A stretch of DNA of 64,000 nucleotides from Candidatus Parcubacteria bacterium (GTDB lineage Bacteria > Patescibacteriota > Minisyncoccia > Phycocordibacterales > UBA918): positions 105,892 to 169,891 of the forward strand of contig JAKFXN010000005.1 of NCBI GenBank assembly GCA_021731405.1, written 5' to 3'. The notes below the pieces were generated by a model. That model worked only from the letters and a program-made list of their open reading frames with translations. It had not been told where the DNA came from and made no database searches. The number at the start of each line of letters is the position of its first letter. Positions within the stretch are counted from its first letter, which is position 1. Below are positions 54,133 through 62,800 of the stretch, one piece after another. The position numbers and the translations under genes were made by a program.

Positions 54133-54451
54133 GTTTATGTTGTATTAAATTTTATTAAATAACTATGCTCTGCCCTACTTTCGTAAAACAAAACTATCCG
54201 ACTGAAGTTTCTGTGGAGAAGATGCGTGTGAAATTTTTTGAAAAAGCTCAGCCAATTTCGCGTCATCACTTCTGTCGTCTTCCCATATTATACCGTTACA
54301 TGAGACAACCTGTCTGATACTTGATGTTGATAACTAATCAGTAAACAGACATTGTTCTAAGAGTAAACCTTATTTTAAACATCCTTACTTAGACATTGGA
54401 GACAATGGTCTTAAAGTCCATCAAGAACAAGTGTCTTTTCTGGCCATATAG

Positions 54452-55717
54452 TTACTTTGCCAGGACAGTCTTCACATCTGACCAACTCGTCGTATACGAA
54501 GGTGACTCAGAATCTTTTCTCACACCCCACGCTTGTGTTTTGCTACTAAGTCTACCTAGCTGTAATGCCCCTTTCCCATGCTTTGTGTTAATAGAAAAAA
54601 GGGCTTCGGTTAAGCTTTCTGTTTTCACACTTCTCTCTTTTGATCCAAAGAGATTGAGGGTTTCAGTCTCTGCCCCGACTAAGTCCGAGAGAATAACTCC
54701 GGCTCGTTTATAGGGTACCTCTGGCTTAAAACAAGCTTGTAAGAGCAGAAGGGCCACCTTCTCAAGTACAAACAAGTCTTTGGTCGGAGCAAAGGTGAGT
54801 TCTTTGCTTGCACCTTGTAATACATAGTCTCCATGGCGACTTGGCTGTATTAAGACCCGCATTTTTCGGGCTGAAAGGTTCATAGCATCAAGGTCTTTAG
54901 CCCCTTCATGGAGGTGATACAAGAGAGCATCTTCAAGCACAGAGAGGCTGGTGGTGGTCTTTGCAAATGAACGTGTATTCATAATACTTTGTTGTGCACT
55001 TACTACTCGCTTAACAGCACTCACAGAGACACCCTGTAGTTCAGAGTGTAATCTGCTTCCTTCTACACCAAATAATTTCCCGACCACTCTTTGTTCAAGC
55101 TTACAAAGATCAGCGACAGTTGTGAGTCCATGTTTTTTGAACTCGTCATTGCGCCCTCTCCCCACTCCCCAAATCTCAAAAAGTGAAATGTGCGGGGCGC
55201 GTTCCTGCCACTCTGCTTCGCTCCACACCGCAAGGCCATTTGTCTTTTTGGCTACTCCATTCACATACTTAGCTCGTGTCTTTGAAGAAGAAACACCGAT
55301 GGAGACCGGTATCCCAACCTGTCTTTCTACCTGCTCCTTCAGCACCTTAATAACCTCAAGCGGTGTATCAGATTCGAAGTTAATGAAGCATTCATCAATA
55401 GAATATTGTTCTACAGTATCAAAGTTTTCACGCACCACCTCAAAGACACGTTTTGAAATGTCACGGTAGAGCGCGAAGTGAGTAGAGAAAGTTACCGCCT
55501 TAATCTCCTGTAGTGTGTCCTTTATCTGAAAATAAGGGACACCCATGGGAATTCCTTTGTCCTTTATCTCTTTAGAGCGCGCTATGACACAGCCGTCATT
55601 ACTAGAAAGAACTACTACCGGCCTGTGCTTTAAGTCTGGCCGAAAAAGTCGTTCACAAGAAACGAAGAAATTATTGCAATCAAGTAAGGCTATATGCTGC
55701 ATATGTTTGTGATACAC
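54452..55717 (-). CDS. umuC: Y-family DNA polymerase, UmuC-like (error-prone translesion polymerase Pol V catalytic subunit).
   Basis: N-terminus ...LLDCNNFFVSCERLFRPDLKHRPVVVLSSNDGCVIARSKEIKDKGIPMGVPYFQIKD closely parallels E. coli UmuC (CDVNAFYASCETVFRPDLWGKPVVVLSNNDGCVIARNAEAKALGVKMGDPWFKQKD). Confidence 0.85.
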   Translation of the reverse strand: MYHKHMQHIALLDCNNFFVSCERLFRPDLKHRPVVVLSSNDGCVIARSKEIKDKGIPMGVPYFQIKDTLQEIKAVTFSTHFALYRDISKRVFEVVRENFDTVEQYSIDECFINFESDTPLEVIKVLKEQVERQVGIPVSIGVSSSKTRAKYVNGVAKKTNGLAVWSEAEWQERAPHISLFEIWGVGRGRNDEFKKHGLTTVADLCKLEQRVVGKLFGVEGSRLHSELQGVSVSAVKRVVSAQQSIMNTRSFAKTTTSLSVLEDALLYHLHEGAKDLDAMNLSARKMRVLIQPSRHGDYVLQGASKELTFAPTKDLFVLEKVALLLLQACFKPEVPYKRAGVILSDLVGAETETLNLFGSKERSVKTESLTEALFSINTKHGKGALQLGRLSSKTQAWGVRKDSESPSYTTSWSDVKTVLAK

Positions 55718-55726
55718 TATTTTATC

Positions 55727-56200
55727 ATGTCAGAAAATCAGTATTTTAGAGCAGGGACCGGAACCATCATCTACAATGACCAAAACGAAATCCTCCTTTT
55801 TCAAAGAGCAAACAAAGCTGAAGTCTGGCAACTTCAGCAGGGCGGAATGGACACCGGAGAAGCCGTGGAAGAAACCCTAGCTCGAGAACTCTTTGAAGAA
55901 ACATCTCTTACTCTTGAAGACATGGAGAAAGTTACTCTTTACCCTACTTGGCTCTACTACGAATACCCAGACAGCATAAAAGCGCATATGAAAGATCCAA
56001 ATAGCCTTGGACAAATCCACCGCTGGTATTTCTTAAAACTAAAACCTGGTACCGCTATCGATGTTTCAAAGGCGAAAGACAAAGAGTTTACAAACAGCAA
56101 GTGGTCAACCTTTGAGGATTTACTGGCTCGTGCCGACATCCTCAAACACGCTGTCTATACAGAGCTCTACCATTACTTCAAAACTAACATCCTTAAATAA
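55727..56200 (+). CDS. NUDIX hydrolase. It is the only plus-strand gene in the window.
   Basis: NUDIX box GGMDTGEAVEETLARELFEETSL. Track start 55694; the internal Met MSENQYF is more likely. Followed by a bidirectional terminator. Confidence 0.8.
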   Translation: MSENQYFRAGTGTIIYNDQNEILLFQRANKAEVWQLQQGGMDTGEAVEETLARELFEETSLTLEDMEKVTLYPTWLYYEYPDSIKAHMKDPNSLGQIHRWYFLKLKPGTAIDVSKAKDKEFTNSKWSTFEDLLARADILKHAVYTELYHYFKTNILK

Positions 56201-56235
56201 TAAAACCGCCCCTTGGGGCGGTTTTATTATTTTAG
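56200..56235. terminator. Bidirectional rho-independent terminator shared by the NUDIX (+) and GH18 (-) genes.
   Basis: AAAACCGCCCC-TTGG-GGCGGTTTT flanked by A-runs and T-runs on both sides. Confidence 0.8.
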
Positions 56236-57431
56236 AACAAATCCCAGATATCAGGGTCTTCTTCTCCGTCAATCTTAAAGAAGGCGACCCCCGCCAGACC
56301 GTATTTTTTTGCTAAAGCTACTTTATCTTTTGCTGCCTCTGCGTCTGAGTAAGTGGCGAAACGGACCGTTACCTCTTGTCCGGTCAGATTGGCAAACATC
56401 AATGCTCGGGCAGCATCTTCATATCCCTTCGGTGTTCCTGAAGGAACAGGAAGAGCGGTAAGACCTTTGTATACAGAGGTGGTCGGGAAGTAACTAAATA
56501 CTGCTTCACCACTCACCGCTCTACCGAGTGATACCTTGTACTCTTTCACAAGCTCTTTAAAACGAGGTACATTGAGGGTGCCCGCTAAGGTGTAGTCACG
56601 GTACCAATCTGGTGCCACAGCAACGTCCCAAGCCCGGCCATACGTCGCAATACCCACATACACCTTATCTGCTGGAAAATCTTCTACTGCCAAATCTATT
56701 ACCTTCTCAACCCATTCCTCATCAGCCACAGGCATGTACGGCAGCCCTGTTCGTTTTTCATTAAGCTTAAGATCAGCCCGCTGTTGGTCATAAGTCATAA
56801 TCTCAATCCGGTCACAGTGTTTGGCAATTTCCTCGTAGTCATTGGCATACTCCAGTGTAGCTGGCACATTTTTATACAGTGAGTCAGCGGGTGTGCGTGC
56901 TTCTATAGCACACGTCACGAGCTTCCGGCCGAGCTTCTTATTGAGCTCCTTTAGAAAAAGAGAAAAGTCGTCTTTAGTCTTTGCCTCCTTTTGTTCGTAA
57001 TCAATATTAATACCGTCGTACTTACCTCTCTCCACAATCTTAGCGATATCGTTAATGTGCCGCGTGCGCTTAGTTTTATTACTCAGGATTTCATCAATTT
57101 GTTCTCCATCAAACCAAGCGATGGTAGGGATGATTTCTACCCGTTCTTTGCGTGCCGCTTTAAAGAAATTCAGCCACAAGCGTGAGGAAAGTTCGGTCTT
57201 TTCAACAATCCGACCCTCTGCATTCACTTCAAAAACAAATGGGTAGACGGTATCTAGTGTTTTAATATTTTTAGTGGCACTTTTCACTCCTTCTGTTTCT
57301 TGCCACCACGGTATCCATCCAGCCACCTCTAAATCACTTGTCGCCGCAAATGTGAAACTTGGCAGCATTAGAGTGGCCAACAGCGACCCTAATACCAACT
57401 TTTGATTTATAGTTATTTTATTTTTGAACAT
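56232..57431 (-). CDS. Secreted glycoside hydrolase family 18-like protein (chitinase/peptidoglycan-hydrolase-like TIM barrel).
   Basis: Signal peptide [31 protein letters not shown]18 catalytic motif DGINIDYEQ (DxxDxDxE). Confidence 0.7.
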   Translation of the reverse strand: MFKNKITINQKLVLGSLLATLMLPSFTFAATSDLEVAGWIPWWQETEGVKSATKNIKTLDTVYPFVFEVNAEGRIVEKTELSSRLWLNFFKAARKERVEIIPTIAWFDGEQIDEILSNKTKRTRHINDIAKIVERGKYDGINIDYEQKEAKTKDDFSLFLKELNKKLGRKLVTCAIEARTPADSLYKNVPATLEYANDYEEIAKHCDRIEIMTYDQQRADLKLNEKRTGLPYMPVADEEWVEKVIDLAVEDFPADKVYVGIATYGRAWDVAVAPDWYRDYTLAGTLNVPRFKELVKEYKVSLGRAVSGEAVFSYFPTTSVYKGLTALPVPSGTPKGYEDAARALMFANLTGQEVTVRFATYSDAEAAKDKVALAKKYGLAGVAFFKIDGEEDPDIWDLF

Positions 57432-57566
57432 ATTTATTTATGACGCAAGAAGTCATTGTTTCTTACTAGTTCGTCGCGTATAGCGACATTATACATGTAC
57501 CGCCGGTGGGCGGGTCTTCTGCTAGCAAAACACCTAGGTTCCGGGGTCTGTCCGGATGTTTTTACA

Positions 57567-58046
57567 CTAAAAAACTCGTGCACTTCCTATTACCACTCCC
57601 CAGATATAACAATCGTCGTTGTCATTCACCAAAATTGGCTCGTACCCTTCCTGTTCTGAGATAAGCTGTGTTCCTTCTTTAGTAATACGCAGACGTTTTA
57701 CCACCATTTCACCATACACCGCAGCCACCACTATTTTACCTGAAGTTGGCGTCACTGATCTATCTACCACCAGAATATCGCCCGAAAATATCTTTGCCCC
57801 CTCCATCGAGTCCCCCTCCACCCGCACAAAAAAAGTAGCGGTGGGGTTTTCTATTAATAAATCATTGATATCGAGTGACTTCTCTAGCAAATCGTCCCCG
57901 GGCGCTGGAAACCCAGCAGCTGGGCGAGAAGCATATAGAGAGTGTAGGCTACTCTCGCCAGACACACTTTCTGAAATGGCTCTTACTTTCGTCTCATTTT
58001 TCCCAAGCATACTATAACTGTTGTGTTTCTGGTGTCTCAGCCGCAA
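57567..58046 (-). CDS. umuD: UmuD-like S24 peptidase (LexA-type self-cleaving serine protease fold without a DNA-binding domain).
   Basis: ...FFVRVEGDSMEGAKIFSGDILVVDRS...GKIVVAAVYGEMVVKRLRI aligns with E. coli UmuD ([26 protein letters not shown]...GDIVIAAVDGEFTVKKLQL). Catalytic Ser (GDSM) and Lys (VKRL) present. The start may be the internal Met at about 58010. Confidence 0.85.
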   Translation of the reverse strand: MRLRHQKHNSYSMLGKNETKVRAISESVSGESSLHSLYASRPAAGFPAPGDDLLEKSLDINDLLIENPTATFFVRVEGDSMEGAKIFSGDILVVDRSVTPTSGKIVVAAVYGEMVVKRLRITKEGTQLISEQEGYEPILVNDNDDCYIWGVVIGSARVF

Positions 58047-59136
58047 TCACTACTTCAGTTGTAAGCGCGGTGTGAACCTGAAAAAGTGCGCTCATAAGCA
58101 AGAGGAGACCGAGTCCATACACAATTTGTAGCGGGCGCTCGTACTTTATCCCAATCACAATTGAAGACATTAAAAGAGAAGCGACAAACAGACCTATGAG
58201 TAAGTACATAAACTGCAGTACAGCATTTGGCTTCGTCGCTACCGCACTCATGATTGAGGCTTCGGTGGCAGTGCTCCCACTTACATTTTCAAGCATCATT
58301 GGAGCAAGTCCTGAACTGGTTGCAAAATGAGTTGAAAAGACTGACGTATTTTTTTCATCGGTATACACCTCAGCCACTTCAACAGGAGTTTCATTTTCTA
58401 TTATTTCGTCTACCTGTTCATTTACAATCTCCGCTTCGGTTGTTTGTTCTCCAGCCACCACTTGAGAAGCTTCTGTCTCGGTAGTTTCAATTGAGAGTGT
58501 TCCTATTTCTGCAGGGGCTTCTACCGCTACTGTAGAAGGTACAGGAGTTGGAGGAATTACTGCTACTGGAGAAGGTTTTTCGGCTGGAGTACCAAAAAGC
58601 TGAACCACAAAGACTGTGTCATAGCCATCAAAAGTTCCTTTAGCGGTTCCGACACCTATTTCGGTGTATTTATCACTGACAATATTTGCCTTATGAAGCG
58701 GAGACTTCATCCATGCCGACACCACTGCGTTTGAGTCATTAAAATGAATAGCCAGATTTTCGCCCGCATGAGCATAGGTATAGTCTACTTCATCAAACCA
58801 AACCCAAGGTGAAACACCATCTGGACTATAGTGGGCAAAATAGCTATTTTCTGCCATGTGTTCAGCTTTGAGCCTCGCTGCTTCATCCAAAAGCGCATTG
58901 CGCACCAGAGGAACAGCCGCTACGTCTTTTCGTTCGCTATTGGTAAGGTCTACCACCACCGCTGGAAGTACCGTACCCACGAGCCAATCCGAAGACTGCC
59001 AAAACAAAGCCTGAATATTTACCGCGGTAAATGAAAGGAGAGTAAGGACGACCATCATCACCATTGCCGCTTTTTGCAAAAGATGTGGTGTATAGTCGTT
59101 TTCTTTGGTCGGTAGAAAGAGATCAGTGAATTTCAT
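58012..59136 (-). CDS. Membrane-anchored CAP/SCP (PR-1-like, YkwD-like) domain protein with C-terminal TM helices.
   Basis: CAP-domain motifs ...LKAEHMAENSYFAHYSPDG...YAHAGENLAI...GVGTAKGTFDGYDTVFVVQLFG. N-terminal TM and two C-terminal hydrophobic helices. Confidence 0.7.
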   Translation of the reverse strand: MKFTDLFLPTKENDYTPHLLQKAAMVMMVVLTLLSFTAVNIQALFWQSSDWLVGTVLPAVVVDLTNSERKDVAAVPLVRNALLDEAARLKAEHMAENSYFAHYSPDGVSPWVWFDEVDYTYAHAGENLAIHFNDSNAVVSAWMKSPLHKANIVSDKYTEIGVGTAKGTFDGYDTVFVVQLFGTPAEKPSPVAVIPPTPVPSTVAVEAPAEIGTLSIETTETEASQVVAGEQTTEAEIVNEQVDEIIENETPVEVAEVYTDEKNTSVFSTHFATSSGLAPMMLENVSGSTATEASIMSAVATKPNAVLQFMYLLIGLFVASLLMSSIVIGIKYERPLQIVYGLGLLLLMSALFQVHTALTTEVVIAAETPETQQL

Positions 59137-59156
59137 ATTGTAAGTATACCAAGTTC

Positions 59157-59825
59157 TTACTCAACGAGCCGCGCGTAGACGATTAAGTTGTGCGTGTAGC
59201 GTTGTGTGCCACGTACGTATATTCCCGTACAAGTAATAAGTCTGAGTCCCGCATGGTCAATGTCTCCATACACACGTGCGGTCGGAAACTCAGACTGTGC
59301 TGGACGTTCCATAGACTCCACTTTAAAATGCGCTGTAGTTCCATCAGCTCTTTCGATATAGATATCATCGTCTGGTTTGAGTTGTCCCAGCGAAAAGAAC
59401 ACTGCTGGACCGGTGTATGAGTCGACATGCCCAAAGATAACTGCTGGACCAACTGATCCCGGGGTTGGGCTGTATTTGTACCAACCTACCTCGCCATACG
59501 AATCAGGTACTGCCGCTTCCCCATTTTCGAGCAATCCGAGCGGCTCCACAAACGTTGTGTTGAGCTTTAGAGCTGGAATACGCAGACGAGTTGGTTCTGA
59601 GCTCGGAAATGCCAAGACAGCTTGTGGAGACTCTTCTACCGGCAAAGGTACTCCTACCTGATCTTTTTGCCCACTTAGTATAGAGATAGTAAAAAACAAG
59701 ACTACGCCAAACACCAAACCGACCCCAGCCACTAAGCCGTGTTTCATAGAGAGCTTTGGTAGCTTGTTTTTAATAGCTTTTACATCCATGAAGATAATAC
59801 TAGGCGCTTTGATAGAAATACGCAA
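59157..59825 (-). CDS. Sortase-family transpeptidase.
   Basis: N-terminal TM. Catalytic His (VIFGHVDS) and the TLxTC-type Cys motif LRLITCTG with a downstream Arg, the arrangement of the sortase triad. Confidence 0.75.
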   Translation of the reverse strand: MRISIKAPSIIFMDVKAIKNKLPKLSMKHGLVAGVGLVFGVVLFFTISILSGQKDQVGVPLPVEESPQAVLAFPSSEPTRLRIPALKLNTTFVEPLGLLENGEAAVPDSYGEVGWYKYSPTPGSVGPAVIFGHVDSYTGPAVFFSLGQLKPDDDIYIERADGTTAHFKVESMERPAQSEFPTARVYGDIDHAGLRLITCTGIYVRGTQRYTHNLIVYARLVE

Positions 59826-59830
59826 GGCAA

Positions 59831-59864
59831 CAAAAAACCGCGCCGAAGCGCGGTTTTTTGTTGA
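59831..59864. terminator. Rho-independent terminator downstream of the 59879-64000 gene, with bidirectional geometry.
   Basis: AAAAAACCGCGC-CGAA-GCGCGGTTTTTT. Confidence 0.8.
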
Positions 59865-59878
59865 GCGGAGTCTTATGG

Positions 59879-62800
59879 TTACGCTACATCACGCCGTCGT
59901 TGGACAAAGAGAAGTTGTAGTAGTGTCAGACCTGAGGTTGCTGCACTTCCTCCGTGACCAGTTCCTGGAGCACCATATGGCACTGCAGTTACTTGCTCAC
60001 CGAGTACAAGTGGCATCAAGCCTGGAGCTGAGATACTGTCTCCAGCTACTGATGGCTTAGGCTTCTTTACGAGAGTTCCGCCACCACCTCCTGAACGACC
60101 GTTTGGTGTTGGGTCTGGGTCAGTTACAACTACCTCACTTTCGTCGTTACCGAAGTTAAGGTCATCTACTATACCTATAACTGCAGCATGTGCTACTGGC
60201 ACAAGGAGTGCAAATACTTTTTCTACTAGAGTTTGAGTGAATAGGTCGTCTGGTACAGTCACAACGTAAGATTCTGGCTCTGTTGTCTGCTCCCATCCGT
60301 CTGGAAGAACCTGTGTGATTTCCCATGTACCTTCAGTCACCACAAAACTATAGTACCCATTTTCATCTGTAGTTGCGGTATGTGTAGTGGCACCTTTTGT
60401 TGCTTTTACTGTCCATCCAGCTAGTGGGTTTTCTACATACTCATCGAGAAGTTGGATTTCTTCTAGATATTCCTCGTATCCCTGCTCCCACTCTGTGTTT
60501 TTATTGTCATCATGCCATACATATCCTTCAAGACGGTAGACATCATCGTTTTCACCATCATCACCATCTTCTGGTTCACGACAATTAAGTGACACATCAT
60601 CAAGGAAGGTTCCTTCTGAGTTGCCGAGTCCAGCGTCTTGGAACGTTACGGTCACGAGAGCACCCGTACCAGTAAAGACATAGTTGTCAGCTGTCCATGA
60701 AGTGTTTGATCCCCCAGTTCCTGTGTTAGTCTTCTTCACTACACCATCCACCAACACTTCAAGTACGTTTTGGTATTCACTGGTGTTTGGTCGTGGTGAG
60801 AACTTCCATGAAAGTGAGTATTCCTTGCCAGCGATGGTTTGTACGGTTTGTGAGATTGCTACTGAAGCATTTTCACCACTCGTACCCGCTGGTCCTTGCC
60901 AATCACTATCAAGCTCAGCATGTTGGTCTCCTCCAGCTGGTGTCCAACCGTTTACACCTTCATGGAGTTCAAGAGATGCTACTTCTGGAGCATCTGCGCC
61001 GTTCATCCACTCTACAACCCAAGCAAGTGCTGGTGAGGTAGAAAAGATATCCCAAAGAGCTCCATTTGTTACTTCTGGGGATTCAAACCCTCCGTTAGCA
61101 AGTAGGTTTACTTGTGGCTGACAGATTGGAGCTGGCTCTTCGATATGATTCCACGCTACACAGTTGTACGTGTTGTTTACTGCAATACCATCTACACGGT
61201 CGTAGTTGTCGTAGTTGAATACGTCAGTATGACAATACATTTCTGCAGTAAAGCTGTCGGTATTAGTTGCATTTGTTGGTCCGTAGGTAAATGGAATATA
61301 TCCATCTTTTAACACTTCTCGCATCCAGATGTTACTCATTCCCGCGATTTGTGCAGCAGTAAGTTGTACTTGTGTCTTTCCATCTACCCCAGTTGCTGGA
61401 AGAAGAGTCCAGTCCCCACCAGCTGCACCGTAAAATGCTGTTGTTGGTAGGTTATTGTCTGGATTTGAAGCACTCTGTCCTGCCCATTCGAATTGCCAAC
61501 CTGACTCAAACTCACATGATTTGTGATCTAGTACCCACTGCGCAGCAGTAGTAGAAGAGATTACATTTCCGTTCACTGCGCCCCAGTTTGGAAGCTCTGC
61601 TTCATCAGTACACACAATCTTGTGAGCAATAACAGTTGCTACTGGCTCTGTCGGGATAGTTATTGGTCGGTTTACAACTGTGAAGGTTTCAGTCTCTGAA
61701 TCAACAGTTACTTCGCCAAGACCAGATACGTTTTGCCATCCATCTTTCATGATCTCGTCTACATCGTATGTTCCAAACGGTACGTTTGTGAAAGTTACAC
61801 AACCGTTTTGATTGGTAGTAGAAGCGTATCCTTCAAATACAGTCACATCTAGTGAACCAGTGTTGTCACCGTAGAATGTGTCGTAAATAGCAAATGTAGC
61901 TGAGCCGGTAGCCGTTTGGTTAAAACCGCGAGCATATTCATGTCCGCTGTTGTAAGTACCCCAATTTGAATTTGGATCAGTTACTCCATTGAGTTGAAGC
62001 TCAAGAATATCTGTGCCGTAACCAGTAAATCCGTCCATCTGTGTAGCCCAGTTATCTTCGGTTGAGTACTCAGCATCAACGATATTGAGTGGACCACGGT
62101 TATTGTCCCAAGTACCTGAAGCTACGGCTACGTATGATCCGGTATTAAGAGCTACAGTCGCTCCAGTACCATTAGTAGCTGAAACGTCTACTGTATCTAC
62201 TTCGTCCCCAAGAAGCATAAGATTCCAGCCTGAAAGGGCATTTTGATTTCCATCAATCTTACACATTGTCACGGTAGAAAACTTTGGTTCTTCGTATGGA
62301 ATATCACACTCTGCATCAGTTCCAGTAATCACAAGCTCATACTTAAGACCAGCTGGGTTACTTTGTGTTGTACCGTTAGCTTGAGCCCAGTTTTTCACTG
62401 AAACTTCAAGGTCGTTGTTTCCTTGATCAATAAATGTAGTGAGGTCGTGTGTATTTGCAGCCGCGTAATTGAATTCAGTTGCATCTACACCAGCCACATC
62501 ACCATTTACAGCTACTTCGTAACTGTTGTCAGCAGCAATTGTGAGAATAGCGCTTGTTACAGGGCCGTTCCAACCAAACTTCTTCAAGAAGGTTTGATTT
62601 GTTTCGTTTACTGGGTCTGCTACTGGATTATCTCCCCAAATCCACTTACTTGGTGCATTTACTACCGCATCCCAAGCATCATGAATAAATGTAACGAGTT
62701 TTGCAGCAGCACCATCCACAGTATCAGTCGTATCACTTACGATAGTTACACTACAAATCTTTGGTTCTTCTGGTGCCTCACAGACAGACTTTGTTGCAGC

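Noticed and set aside
54951-55469. 172-aa plus-strand ORF inside umuC
   Set aside because: The opposite strand encodes a well-supported UmuC homolog, so this is a shadow ORF.
57485-57506. CCGCC-GGTG-GGCGG hairpin as a umuD terminator
   Set aside because: No U-tract on either strand. I kept it only as a note within the umuD/umuC finding.
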